Below, piece after piece: positions 1 to 9,587 of a stretch of 64,000 bases of DNA (its first letter is position 1; every line of letters begins with the position of its first letter). Origin of the DNA: a virus. A program made the translations under genes and the position numbers. Location: the IMG/VR virus record IMGVR_UViG_3300044731_001604, positions 64,001-128,000 of that record; one strand, written 5' to 3'. The notes below the pieces were generated by a model. That model made no database searches and had not been told where the DNA came from. It saw only the letters and a list, made by a program, of their open reading frames with translations.

Positions 1-33
1 ACTCCCGATCAGCAATATTCTTTAAAGTTACTA

Positions 34-411
34 ATGCAAAATCTTTTTTGCCACTTTTTAACAGATGCCATTAAAAAAGTCTACGATAATAATGATGAGT
101 CTACAGCAGTACATAATACCCACATGTCTATTCTTTATTTTAAAAAATTTAATGATTTAAATGACTTATTGGCTACAGAAGATCAAGTTAGGACAGCTGA
201 CTCTAAAATATTAACTATACAGCCAAGTATGATGAAATCAATCGTTAAAGCAGTTGAAGGCTATGATAAAGATAATTGTTATTTAAATAACGATGATTTG
301 AGATGGGTTGAGATACATATCAAAGATTTAACCCAAAAAGTTCAAGAATCTTACCAATTTACATATAGCATGTCTGAGATACAAACTGAAAAGAAACGTT
401 CTGGAATTTAG
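34..411 (+). CDS. hypothetical protein (may be 5'-truncated by window edge)
   Basis: 125-aa ORF; no recognisable motif. Confidence 0.5.
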   Translation: MQNLFCHFLTDAIKKVYDNNDESTAVHNTHMSILYFKKFNDLNDLLATEDQVRTADSKILTIQPSMMKSIVKAVEGYDKDNCYLNNDDLRWVEIHIKDLTQKVQESYQFTYSMSEIQTEKKRSGI

Positions 412-440
412 TTGACTTTTGCATTAAAGCAAGGTATAAT
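412..440 (+). promoter_or_regulatory. sigma70-like early promoter
   Basis: TTGACT(412-417)-17 nt-TATAAT(435-440), followed by GGAGG RBS at 451-455. Confidence 0.8.
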
Positions 441-459
441 TATATTGTCAGGAGGTTAC

Positions 460-747
460 ATGTACTCAAGAGAATTTAGATTAACATTTGAGGCTGATTG
501 TTTCGGCGATTATGTTAAAAAATTTTATGTTGATGGTTATGTTAACAGAAAAAGAGGCAAAGTGACAATTACAGATGTATATTTAACAGATAAAGAGACC
601 GGTGTAGAGTTTGCTGGAAAATTGGAACAACAAGATGCTGAGAAATTAGCCAACGAATTAGAGAACTTAAAGGATATGGCTGACGACTTAGACTTTTGGC
701 ACGATGATTCTTTTGACGAATATGATGAAGACATGGGTGATTTATGA
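460..747 (+). CDS. hypothetical acidic early protein (start revised to ATG 460)
   Basis: ORF track starts at TTG 412, which is the promoter -35; GGAGG precedes ATG 460 (MYSREF...). Confidence 0.7.
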   Translation: MYSREFRLTFEADCFGDYVKKFYVDGYVNRKRGKVTITDVYLTDKETGVEFAGKLEQQDAEKLANELENLKDMADDLDFWHDDSFDEYDEDMGDL

Positions 748-938
748 TTAATTTAATCGGTTTTGTGGTTTTATTATTTATGGCGTATGTTGTTAGTTCT
801 ATTTTGTTTTTACGAAAAGAATTAAGCGATTTAGATCTTTTAACACAACAAAGGGTAAGACACCTTAGAAAGCAAGTTGCTGAATTAAAACTTAAAAATT
901 TAAAAGGTTCTAAGCTAGAGAACGATATCGAGGTTTAA
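744..938 (+). CDS. small membrane-anchored coiled-coil protein
   Basis: N-terminal hydrophobic helix; ATGA overlap with upstream gene. Confidence 0.6.
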   Translation: MINLIGFVVLLFMAYVVSSILFLRKELSDLDLLTQQRVRHLRKQVAELKLKNLKGSKLENDIEV

Positions 939-939
939 G

Positions 940-1128
940 ATGACTAAGCGCGAATTGTCCGCATCTGTTTACATATTGGTTACTTTTATTATATGCTATT
1001 TTGCTTATGGTGTTTATCAGACAAAACAACAAATTTCTCAAGCTTGTGAAGATCAGTGCTACCCGGCGGATGTTAAAGACGCAGATATGCAATATTGTAA
1101 ATGTTTTTACAAAAAAGCTGGGATGTAA
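940..1128 (+). CDS. small membrane-anchored Cys-rich protein
   Basis: TM helix then C-x3-C...C-x-C; GAGG RBS. Confidence 0.6.
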   Translation: MTKRELSASVYILVTFIICYFAYGVYQTKQQISQACEDQCYPADVKDADMQYCKCFYKKAGM

Positions 1129-1301
1129 TGGTTAAAAGAGAGCGCATTAGTCTTGGTCTTAATGGTAAAATAAGTTTAGTAATCGGCGATCAAGTCGGAT
1201 ACGATCTATTAAATCATTTGTACACGAAGCTCTATAAAGATTTAAACTATAGTATTGCAATTAAACTACGTTCATACTTATACGAGAAACCCCAAAAATG
1301 A
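1128..1301 (+). CDS. KRxQ tetrad-repeat microprotein family member (MVKRER...)
   Basis: TAATG-coupled start at 1128; hydrophobic residue roughly every 4th position. Confidence 0.55.
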   Translation: MVKRERISLGLNGKISLVIGDQVGYDLLNHLYTKLYKDLNYSIAIKLRSYLYEKPQK

Positions 1302-1495
1302 ATAAGAGAGATCAACACACCATTTCATTTGATTATGAGCTGAGGACAGTATTTCATAATTATTTTTCAACACAAATGCATGGCGATCTTACAAGAGATG
1401 TGTGGATGGAAATTTGGGAAAAACTCGCCTACCAACTAAAAGATAATATGAAAGATAAAGTTAAAGACGTAATTAAGGACAGAATTTCAAAATGA
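1298..1495 (+). CDS. KRxQ tetrad-repeat microprotein (MNKRDQ...)
   Basis: conserved N-terminus, 65 aa, 4-residue periodicity. Confidence 0.65.
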   Translation: MNKRDQHTISFDYELRTVFHNYFSTQMHGDLTRDVWMEIWEKLAYQLKDNMKDKVKDVIKDRISK

Positions 1496-2382
1496 AAAAG
1501 TTTTATGTATTTGATGTTTCAAATCTATTCTATCGTGGTATCTATGGATCTCAATTAACAACGTCTGAAGGTCGTCCTGTACAGGGATTGCACGGATTCA
1601 TCCAAATTTCTCAAGGGATTATAAAAGATCACAAGCCGGATTATATGCTATTTGCATTAGAGGGCGGCAACCAGCTCAGAAAAAGCATCGACCCGAACTA
1701 TAAAGCAAACAGACCTCCACTTGAGGAAGATATCAAATGGCAAAAAGATTTATTACCTGAACTAATATCTGCTATGGGATATCCAAGTTGGTCTAGCCGT
1801 GGGTTTGAGGCTGATGATGTAATTAATGCTATGGTTAAATTAGGACAAAAGCAAAATCTTGAAGTTGTTATAGTAAGCAGCGATAAAGATTTTAATTGTT
1901 TATTGGGCGAAAATGTTTCTATGTATAATTTAGGTGCTGATAAATATGTCACGAGTCAATCCGTCTTAGAGAAGTACGGCATAACTACAAATCAATTCCA
2001 AGATTATCTGGCAATTGTTGGCGATACGGCAGATAATATCAAAGGCGTATCTGGAGTTGGACCAAAAGGAGCCGCCCAAGCTCTTCAGTCATTTGGTACA
2101 TTAGAAAATATATATAACAACATAGGAGCCCTAAAGCCTAGCCTAGCTAAGAAATTTTCTAATTCAATAGAAGACGTTAAATTGGCTAGGAGGCTAGTAG
2201 CATTGCATTGGCCATCGGACATACCTGAAGACTTAGACGTAACGCAATTTGCGTACGGTGAAGTAAATGCCGATAAGCTTAAACCATTGCTTAGAATGTT
2301 AGAATTCAGAGACTTTGAAAAAATATTTTTTGGCGCACAAATTCTTATCCTAAACGGTATAGAATTTGGAACAAGAAAGTGA
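1492..2382 (+). CDS. 5'-3' exonuclease / flap endonuclease (PolA N-terminal-like)
   Basis: motifs D-x-SN, YKANR, FEADD, SSDKD, GDTADNIKGVSGVGPKGA (helix-hairpin-helix). Confidence 0.92.
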   Translation: MKKFYVFDVSNLFYRGIYGSQLTTSEGRPVQGLHGFIQISQGIIKDHKPDYMLFALEGGNQLRKSIDPNYKANRPPLEEDIKWQKDLLPELISAMGYPSWSSRGFEADDVINAMVKLGQKQNLEVVIVSSDKDFNCLLGENVSMYNLGADKYVTSQSVLEKYGITTNQFQDYLAIVGDTADNIKGVSGVGPKGAAQALQSFGTLENIYNNIGALKPSLAKKFSNSIEDVKLARRLVALHWPSDIPEDLDVTQFAYGEVNADKLKPLLRMLEFRDFEKIFFGAQILILNGIEFGTRK

Positions 2383-2431
2383 TTGAAAATTATTAATTAT
2401 CTGTTACAATGACAACTGTGGAGGAACTAAA

Positions 2432-2806
2432 ATGAGACAAGTGTTAATAGAAAAAAATGAATTGATCAATGAGATAAGTGGGTCTAAAATTAAATTTGAG
2501 GTAAACGATATTGAAATCTTGCCGTTTTCGATTGATAAACACGGCGTGATGGTTAGATTTCCTTTTTCTGTCAAATCATTGTCTGGTGGAAAATTAGATT
2601 TAGACTTCTCGTTACCAAAAGATCTTGTTTCTAAAGGTGTTTGCCTAATGGGTGCTTATTGGGAAAATAATGAGATAACTGCATATTTAACAAGCACCTT
2701 AGATAAGGTTGAAGTTGAAAAGAATGACGTGTTTCTAATCGCCACTCTAATTGAAGTAGTTTATTTTAGACAGATCTCTAAGGAAGTGTCTGAGATACGG
2801 GAATAG
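2432..2806 (+). CDS. possible degenerate dUTPase-fold protein
   Basis: spacing of LVSKGVCL...EI...L...VEKNDVF resembles trimeric dUTPase but catalytic motifs absent; GGAGG RBS and TTGAAA-16-TACAAT promoter. Confidence 0.35.
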   Translation: MRQVLIEKNELINEISGSKIKFEVNDIEILPFSIDKHGVMVRFPFSVKSLSGGKLDLDFSLPKDLVSKGVCLMGAYWENNEITAYLTSTLDKVEVEKNDVFLIATLIEVVYFRQISKEVSEIRE

Positions 2807-2814
2807 TATTTTAA

Positions 2815-3210
2815 TTATTTTAGTGCTTGTACAATACCAAGAACAGTCGCGATTGCACCGACTAGCCAAATAATGGCTTTTATGCTTATAGAGACCATGC
2901 TTACATGGTCTTCAATTGGCTCCATTCTCTCTTCTAAGAGAGCAGTTCTCTTCATGTGTTCTCTTAAGTTTTCTTCTTGCTTATCTAATAAAACATTATT
3001 TTTTGCTAAAGTTGTGTTAATGTCCTGCAAAGATCTGCTGATATCTGTGATCTCTCTAGCCATCTCAGAATCTGCATCAAAGTGGGCCTCAAGAAGGGTC
3101 GTTTGTTTTACGACAGAATTTGAAATCTCACGTAATTCATCGTGAAACTGATTTTGCATGTCAGTTTGTTTTTGATCTAGAAGTTCTATGCTTCTTCTTA
3201 CGTCATCCAT
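2815..3210 (-). CDS. coiled-coil protein with C-terminal TM helix (XhlA/holin-like)
   Basis: long heptad region then IKAIIWLVGAIATVLGIV; late motif upstream at 3252-3259. Confidence 0.55.
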   Translation of the reverse strand: MDDVRRSIELLDQKQTDMQNQFHDELREISNSVVKQTTLLEAHFDADSEMAREITDISRSLQDINTTLAKNNVLLDKQEENLREHMKRTALLEERMEPIEDHVSMVSISIKAIIWLVGAIATVLGIVQALK

Positions 3211-3254
3211 TTCAATTACCTTTACTAAAACCCTAATACCTTACAATAAGTAGA

Positions 3255-3575
3255 TTAGGTATTAATATTATCGTTTTCAGAGGTATTTTTCTCTTTTTCT
3301 TCTTTATTTGTACCTTCTATGCGGTTACTGCCATTAATCCACGTTCTTCCGAAGTGTAACCCAGCGGAAGCATAGAAGAATTGTAGGGCCTGATTTACGT
3401 CTATTTTAAGGTCTAGGCCGTATTTTCCCACAATACCAATAATTACTAGCAAACTGCTTATAACAACTAAAGTTAGGCTTTCGCTTGCCCTACCCTCATC
3501 CCTAACCATTGGAATTGGAATTCCCTTAGAATTCATATTATTTATTATTTGTAACCATTTATCTTTTAATTTCAT
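3255..3575 (-). CDS. putative holin
   Basis: two hydrophobic segments, charged C-terminus, next to XhlA-like gene in late island. Confidence 0.5.
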   Translation of the reverse strand: MKLKDKWLQIINNMNSKGIPIPMVRDEGRASESLTLVVISSLLVIIGIVGKYGLDLKIDVNQALQFFYASAGLHFGRTWINGSNRIEGTNKEEKEKNTSENDNINT

Positions 3576-3587
3576 TTTAATTATCCT

Positions 3588-5714
3588 TTAATATATCTCT
3601 CGCCATTGTAATCCAGCTGATATATTTGTGGCTTTTGTATCAATATTTTTAACAATTATGACATAAACTTCCGAGTTAGTAGAATCAAAATTTTGCACTA
3701 TATAGTTCTTTTTAGCCGAACTTGGAATTACTGCATTTGAATCGCTTCCAGCCTTACTTCCGCCTTGTGACGCAGATGCTGCAAACCCAACGCTTAGTAT
3801 GTCTGCATTTGTATATCCAGTCGCATTAGCTAGATATTCAACGCCACTTTCAGAGTTAGTACTGGTCCACACTCCAGCTCCACCTGTTAAGTTAGACGCA
3901 TTTTGTAATTTTGCTATAGAAAATTGAACGTTACCAGAATCAGTGAAAACTGTAACTTGTCCTAGTCTAGCTAACATACGATTTAAATATGTTTTATAAT
4001 TATTTTTCAATCTAATTGCTAATATTGGTAAAGTTTGACCTGTGCCCAAAAGTCTTGGTGTGGGACTTGCAAGCGCCCAATCAATTCCAGCCTCAACATA
4101 TCCGCCTTCACTAACAACTGTACTACAAATTTGATCCATATATGCACCAGTTGTAACTCCGGTGTTAAATATTTCGCAGCGAACTGGCAAATTTGGATTA
4201 CTCATATAAACTGTAGTAAGATTATTTTCGCCATCAAAATGATGCGCCTCAATATATTTACCCTCATGAGAAAACCCAACCCTGACTCTTCCCACGCCAA
4301 GCCATTGAAAATCTATAAAAAGCAACTGAGTTTTTGTAATATCTAAGTTTAAAGAACTAATTCCAGTTCCATCGCACTTGTCAACATTCCAATTTAACTG
4401 AGAAACTCTATTTTCATTGACGGCACCATTAATATAGCTTCTTAAGACAATATTTAAGGTTCCGTTTCCGGTTTGTTCAAAGTAAATTCCATTATTATCA
4501 TCAAACAGCCCAGTTCTTTTTGTCACCCCTGAAGTACTTGAATAAAAATTAAAGGATGACATTATTAGCTGGCTTTTTCCTGGCATATAATGATGATAGC
4601 ATTTGGTCTGGTGTATCGCCTTACTATTAACATCACTGCTGGTAGTCAATCTCGCGCATGCTTTATTTGATTGAAATGAAATAGTTCCACCATTTAATGT
4701 ATAGTCTATGAAATTTGGGTCTATTCCGTAGAGATGTTTATAGTCTCCAAGGGTATACGGCTCGCTCACTCTTTGTCTTGCAAAAGCATCTAGTGTGCCG
4801 ACCCCAGGAGTTGTAAAAACAGATCCGGATACTACCCACGGATTTGTTCCTTGATTTGCAGTAACTGTTCCGTTTACAGTTTGAGTTGCCGGGAAATTAC
4901 CAACATCAACTGTTCCGTTTACAGTTTGAGTTGCCGGGAAATTACCAACATCAACTGTTCCGTTTACAGTTTGAGTTGCCGGGAAATTACCAACATCAAC
5001 TGTTCCGTTTACTGTTTGTGTAGCTGGGAAATTACCAACATCAACTGTTCCGTTTACTGTTTGTGTAGCTGGGAAATTACCAACATCAACTGTTCCGTTT
5101 ACTGTTTGTGTAGCTGGGAAATTACCAACATCAATGGAAGAGTTTAAAAAATATACGTCTAACCCAATATCAGTTCCAACAGTATGCGATGTTAAAAAAT
5201 TGGTTCCGTCTCCAAGACGAACAGAATCATTTGTATGTGTAAGATCAACGTCTAGGCTAACTTCTGGCTTAATTGTAATATTTGCATCAACAGCAAGTCT
5301 ATTAACTCCATTTTCATCTGCTACAAATTCTGCATACTGACCATATTTATCTACGAGGATTGATCTTTTTGCATTTATTGGATCTTCTGCATGACTAGCT
5401 CTTTCAAAAATCTCCATTCCCATCGGATTTCTTTGTTGTTCCCAAGCAGTTAAGGTTCCGCCGGAGTACGAAGTAGGATTGGAAAATGTGGCCATGTCTT
5501 TTCCAACTGGACCGACTTGAATCTGAGTGTCAGAGATAACTCTCTTAATTTCAAGCTCTAGTTGTTCTAAGCCTGTTTTATTTAAATATACCAATTGTTT
5601 AGGATGTAATAATCCTTGAGTATCTGGTACTGTAATTATATGATTTGAAACTTGAATCGGATTGGCTAAAAATGTAGGCCACCGTCTATCAAACGACGAA
5701 GTTAACTTGCTCAT
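3588..5714 (-). CDS. virion structural protein (fibre/lectin-like) with internal 15-aa repeats
   Basis: C-terminal DAFARQRVSEP...YMPGKSQ...FQWLGVGRVRVG beta-sandwich domain seen in phage structural proteins; 6x VDVGNFPATQTVNGT; ATG 5714 preferred over TTG 5735. Confidence 0.65.
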   Translation of the reverse strand: MSKLTSSFDRRWPTFLANPIQVSNHIITVPDTQGLLHPKQLVYLNKTGLEQLELEIKRVISDTQIQVGPVGKDMATFSNPTSYSGGTLTAWEQQRNPMGMEIFERASHAEDPINAKRSILVDKYGQYAEFVADENGVNRLAVDANITIKPEVSLDVDLTHTNDSVRLGDGTNFLTSHTVGTDIGLDVYFLNSSIDVGNFPATQTVNGTVDVGNFPATQTVNGTVDVGNFPATQTVNGTVDVGNFPATQTVNGTVDVGNFPATQTVNGTVDVGNFPATQTVNGTVTANQGTNPWVVSGSVFTTPGVGTLDAFARQRVSEPYTLGDYKHLYGIDPNFIDYTLNGGTISFQSNKACARLTTSSDVNSKAIHQTKCYHHYMPGKSQLIMSSFNFYSSTSGVTKRTGLFDDNNGIYFEQTGNGTLNIVLRSYINGAVNENRVSQLNWNVDKCDGTGISSLNLDITKTQLLFIDFQWLGVGRVRVGFSHEGKYIEAHHFDGENNLTTVYMSNPNLPVRCEIFNTGVTTGAYMDQICSTVVSEGGYVEAGIDWALASPTPRLLGTGQTLPILAIRLKNNYKTYLNRMLARLGQVTVFTDSGNVQFSIAKLQNASNLTGGAGVWTSTNSESGVEYLANATGYTNADILSVGFAASASQGGSKAGSDSNAVIPSSAKKNYIVQNFDSTNSEVYVIIVKNIDTKATNISAGLQWREIY
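4863..5132. repeat. 6 x 45-bp in-frame tandem repeat
   Basis: units 4863-4907 through 5088-5132; three identical type A then three identical type B units differing at synonymous sites. Confidence 0.95.
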
Positions 5715-5838
5715 AATAAAATTTCCCCAACCCAATGAAATTATTCATTTATGCCCCACGGCATTACTAAACCAATGTCTAGCTAATTAAAGATTAGGGT
5801 ACTATTATTTTTTAATTTTAATTAATGTAATTAATGAT

Positions 5839-6036
5839 TTAAATGCGTTTTGAAGTCTGAATATATCTTTGCGCCTGTTCTTTGGTTTCTTTATATAAAA
5901 CATCAAATAACATACTGCCGAGATTTGAATATGATTTTGAATAAATACTATAGGATGGCATGTTGCAATATTTTGAATACAGCCTGCTTCTGAAACTAGT
6001 AAGGTGTGCGCTCCCCAATGCTTCTCGTTTTTCCAT
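5839..6036 (-). CDS. KRxQ tetrad-repeat microprotein (MEKREA...)
   Basis: 65 aa, family N-terminus, third of tandem trio. Confidence 0.55.
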   Translation of the reverse strand: MEKREALGSAHLTSFRSRLYSKYCNMPSYSIYSKSYSNLGSMLFDVLYKETKEQAQRYIQTSKRI

Positions 6037-6037
6037 C

Positions 6038-6229
6038 TTATTTGCCTATTTTTTCTTCATATAATTGTTGGTGAGTTTGATCTCTTAATTCGTACCAGAG
6101 CGTGATGTCTTTTAATTGCTCCCAAATTTGGGCATACATTTGATCTGATATTGTGGAATGGAGCCACATATACAGTTCGTCCCTAAATCTCTCTCTTAGT
6201 TTATCCCGAAACTGCTCTCTTTTTCTCAT
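6038..6229 (-). CDS. KRxQ tetrad-repeat microprotein (MRKREQF...)
   Basis: FRDK LRER FRDE LYMW LHST ISDQ MYAQ IWEQ periodicity. Confidence 0.7.
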   Translation of the reverse strand: MRKREQFRDKLRERFRDELYMWLHSTISDQMYAQIWEQLKDITLWYELRDQTHQQLYEEKIGK

Positions 6230-6421
6230 TTATGTATTTTTCTTTTGGGTTTCGTGACAGATTTGTTCACATATTTGATCAATCAATTCTGCATTGATTT
6301 CATATATTTCTTCCCAAGTCCCTTCTAAAACATTATCAATAACGTCACCATATACGTTTCTATCAATCATTTCATATAAATGATCTTTGATTTTTCTATA
6401 TATCTGATGACGTTTTTTCAT
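6230..6421 (-). CDS. KRxQ tetrad-repeat microprotein (MKKRHQI...; start revised)
   Basis: ATG 6421 just after vWA gene stop; family N-terminus. Confidence 0.7.
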   Translation of the reverse strand: MKKRHQIYRKIKDHLYEMIDRNVYGDVIDNVLEGTWEEIYEINAELIDQICEQICHETQKKNT

Positions 6422-6428
6422 TGTATGC

Positions 6429-7535
6429 CTACAATCTGATAACTTTGCCGAAATCGCCTGGTGGATTTTGTGACCCAACTCCTACCCAAATAAAGGGAAT
6501 GCCTGGATTTGTCGGCGTGTCTGCGCAATCAAAATCACCGAAATATATAATAGCGTCACATTTTCTTTTTACGCATTCGTCAATTGCTGGTTGATATGCA
6601 GTTCCACCGCTACCAAATCTTTTTGTTAATACACCAGGTTTAGCTTTTCCACCTTTAATTACATCAACTTTTTGCACTTCAGAATCTGCGTGGACTAAGT
6701 AAGTGATCGTAGTATTTTTTGCTATAGATGATATTTCATTTAAGAATGATGAGTAAGCTTCGTCCGAGATTGACCCTGACGAATCAGTACATACACCAAG
6801 TATTAAATTTCTTTTCTTTTTCTTGCCTGGTTGATCTAGCTCAAATCTTCTGTGAGTTTTAAGGCGTGTGCTTTTAGTTTGGACGTCCCTAGCCGATGAA
6901 ACAAAGTTTCTTAAGAGCTGCTTCCAGCTAATTGTCGCTGGTTTATTTAAATTACCAATGATAGACTCTAATCCATTCGGAACAAGCCCACCAGATGCCT
7001 TTATGGCTTGATTAACCTTGTCTTTAATAATCACTCTATCTAAATCGCCTTTTTCGCTTTCGTTCATTTCATCATGATCGCTCATCCACGATGCTACTTC
7101 TTGCTTATCTGCTACTTCTGCCATTTCTTTGTAATAGTATTCCCAAGACTCTTTTGGCAAAAGTTTCTTCTTACACATTTCTTCTGCCCACGCAAGCGTA
7201 ATGCAATCTGATGGTAAATCAGAAATGTGTTGGTTAATAGCGCAATCTTTTGCTATGTTTGTTAATTGATGATTAAGGATATCTCCAGCCCTATTGCCGA
7301 TATGATCTAAAACCGCGTGTAAAACTTCGTGTTTTAACACAGCAATCTGTTGAGCATCGGTTAATGTTGCAAACCAGTCTGGATTTACTTTAAAGTAAAG
7401 CTCTTTGTTCTTAATACCTACGCAAGCTCTTTCAATTTTTGGATCATCATAAACGACTCTAGAGCCTAAAATAAAATTAGCATAGAATCGTTCGGTATTA
7501 ATTAACGTAAAAATTGGCTTTTCTAGTAAACCCAT
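6429..7535 (-). CDS. DUF2201-type metallopeptidase + vWA domain protein
   Basis: HEVLH zincin motif, NIAKDCAINQ, vWA DSSGS ... GGT ... YFGD. Confidence 0.88.
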   Translation of the reverse strand: MGLLEKPIFTLINTERFYANFILGSRVVYDDPKIERACVGIKNKELYFKVNPDWFATLTDAQQIAVLKHEVLHAVLDHIGNRAGDILNHQLTNIAKDCAINQHISDLPSDCITLAWAEEMCKKKLLPKESWEYYYKEMAEVADKQEVASWMSDHDEMNESEKGDLDRVIIKDKVNQAIKASGGLVPNGLESIIGNLNKPATISWKQLLRNFVSSARDVQTKSTRLKTHRRFELDQPGKKKKRNLILGVCTDSSGSISDEAYSSFLNEISSIAKNTTITYLVHADSEVQKVDVIKGGKAKPGVLTKRFGSGGTAYQPAIDECVKRKCDAIIYFGDFDCADTPTNPGIPFIWVGVGSQNPPGDFGKVIRL

Positions 7536-7558
7536 GGAAATCTCCTATTATAATAATA

Positions 7559-8617
7559 TTATGCTTTTTCAAACTGAGCTGCGTATTCGGGGTCATTTAA
7601 GAGATCATTTTTTCCATGGAAATTGCCAAGTTTTCCTAATCCGACAAAGGCTTTCATAGCTAACTCAATTGGGATATCTAGTAGAAATTGCTTTAGATTA
7701 TCAATAGACATATCTGCTGAAAGGAGGTGAGGGTTGCTCTCTAGTTTAGCAAATAATTCATCAATTGGCTGATTAAGAACATCCATGCGAACATTGCTAG
7801 CACTTGCCGTGATATCTAATACTTTATTTCTAGCAATTTTTTTGTAGTTTTTAAGAATGTCATTAAGGCTTAATCCTGTTTCTTGCTTAGCTTTGTGTGT
7901 TAATCTAGCCGCTGCTGCAACCGGCCCTACAATACCTGAATATAATTCATATCTTAGACTATCATCTAATCCTTCTTCTAAATCAAGGGCGCCAACGCTT
8001 TCAAGCCAAGCTCTAGGGTCTCTTGTAACCATTGACATATCAAGTCTTCCGCCTTCTTTTGCAGTAAGATTTAACATCTCAGGTTGTTCACGAATAAAAG
8101 AAGCAAGGCTAAATAATCCTCTGCTTTCTGCATAAACTAACCATTCTTCAGTTGTAGGAGTGAAATCAATATGACAGAAACGAGATAGCCAAGCTGAGTC
8201 GCTTGTATCTGTTGTAGTGAATCTTTCTGATTGGTAGTTTCCAGCAGCAGCGATACGCCAACCCGGAGGTAATTTGTGTGTATGAATAGTTCCATTTTGC
8301 ACAAAAGAATACATTGCTTGAATTACATCAGTCGGCGCTCTATTTAATTCATCTAAAAAGATAATTCCTTCACCCTCAGTAGGAAACCATTTAGGTTTTG
8401 CATGATAAACTTCGCCGTTTTCGCCTTTAACTAAGAGGCCAACTAAATCGCCCACATCTTGAGTAGCCGTGTGTAAAACTCTTAATTGTAAGTTGTTCTT
8501 TACGCAATACTGATTCCAAAACTGTGTCTTTCCAACACCTTGACTGCCCCAAAAGAATGGAACAATTCGGTTTTTTAATAGAAAAGGAATAGCTTTGTTG
8601 ATTTCAGAAATATTCAT
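7559..8617 (-). CDS. MoxR-like AAA+ ATPase (start revised to ATG 8617)
   Basis: Walker A GSQGVGKT, Walker B IIFLDELNRA, AAGN, SRF; GGAGG at 8623-8627. Confidence 0.9.
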   Translation of the reverse strand: MNISEINKAIPFLLKNRIVPFFWGSQGVGKTQFWNQYCVKNNLQLRVLHTATQDVGDLVGLLVKGENGEVYHAKPKWFPTEGEGIIFLDELNRAPTDVIQAMYSFVQNGTIHTHKLPPGWRIAAAGNYQSERFTTTDTSDSAWLSRFCHIDFTPTTEEWLVYAESRGLFSLASFIREQPEMLNLTAKEGGRLDMSMVTRDPRAWLESVGALDLEEGLDDSLRYELYSGIVGPVAAAARLTHKAKQETGLSLNDILKNYKKIARNKVLDITASASNVRMDVLNQPIDELFAKLESNPHLLSADMSIDNLKQFLLDIPIELAMKAFVGLGKLGNFHGKNDLLNDPEYAAQFEKA

Positions 8618-8636
8618 CTGGACCTCCGTTTCAATT

Positions 8637-8707
8637 ATCATAACATTTTATTTTCGGTACGTCAACCTAAAAAAACTTATTGCAAATTGTTTTATTTGTG
8701 CTACATT
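8637..8707. promoter_or_regulatory. divergent sigma70-like promoter pair
   Basis: minus: TTGACG(8665-8660)-17-TATGAT(8642-8637); plus: TTGCAA(8680-8685)-16-TACATT(8702-8707) with TG extension. Confidence 0.65.
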
Positions 8708-8740
8708 TAATATGTACCATTTAACAAAAAGGAGCATAAA

Positions 8741-9367
8741 ATGGATAACAAAATTACTGAACTTACCCCAGAACAAGAAGCGTTATTTCCAGCTTATTTG
8801 GAAAAATTCAGAAATATCGGCCTATCAACTACTCCAACAAATAGACAAAAGGCTGAAGAGGCTTTAACAAAAGCTTATGCTTATTTATCTAAAACTGATC
8901 CTAATTTATGCGTTCCAAATCCAGAAATCATCTGGGCAGAAAGCCCAATGGCAGGCGCAGTTCTTGCTGCTCAACACGCTAAAGGCGATCTTAACGTAAC
9001 AGATTCAGAAGTGCAAGATCAAGCTTGGCGAGCTTCTTATGGTTCATTCGAGGCATACTGGGTGAGTACTTATTCATTTATCTGCAATGAGCTTCCAGTA
9101 GAAAAAGACGAGCTTATCGACATCGTTATGGAAATCATCAATGAGTGCGGCGTGTACTGGACATATAAAGATTTGGTTATCCTTACTCCAAAGCCAACTT
9201 TTATCGGAATGAAAGACGGAAAATTACACAACTCTAAAGGGCTAGCTTTAGCATATCCAGATGGAAACGGAATCTATGCTGTAAATGGTTCTAGAAAAAA
9301 CTCTTTAATTGAAGCTACGTTAGAACAAAGAGCTAACAGCTTAATTGGTTCAACTTCAGAAGATTAA
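8741..9367 (+). CDS. DUF6745-like protein lacking long internal repeat
   Basis: LTPEQEALFP...GLST.PTNRQKAE...IIWAESP...YG.FEAYW...GKLHN..G.ALAYPDG..IYA.NG. Confidence 0.75.
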   Translation: MDNKITELTPEQEALFPAYLEKFRNIGLSTTPTNRQKAEEALTKAYAYLSKTDPNLCVPNPEIIWAESPMAGAVLAAQHAKGDLNVTDSEVQDQAWRASYGSFEAYWVSTYSFICNELPVEKDELIDIVMEIINECGVYWTYKDLVILTPKPTFIGMKDGKLHNSKGLALAYPDGNGIYAVNGSRKNSLIEATLEQRANSLIGSTSED

Positions 9368-9390
9368 AATAAACACGTATGAGGGTCGCC

Positions 9391-9582
9391 ATGAGGCAAA
9401 GAGATCAGATAAATAGAATAAGCAACAAGTATTTTGATCATATTGACGGCGACCTTTATAATGAAAATTTTCATTTAATATCAGATTATCTCCAATACAT
9501 TTTATACATTGAGCGCTCACCAGTCGATAACATTGTTGACGAGCTATCCACATATATTGAGACTATGAATTTGGGGAATTGA
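9391..9582 (+). CDS. KRxQ tetrad-repeat microprotein (MRQRDQI...)
   Basis: GAGGG RBS before ATG 9391; family N-terminus. Confidence 0.65.
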   Translation: MRQRDQINRISNKYFDHIDGDLYNENFHLISDYLQYILYIERSPVDNIVDELSTYIETMNLGN

Positions 9583-9587
9583 TTTAA

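Noticed and set aside
4863-5132. 45-bp repeats as a CRISPR array
   Set aside because: Units are contiguous with no spacers, in frame, and encode a peptide repeat; no cas genes.
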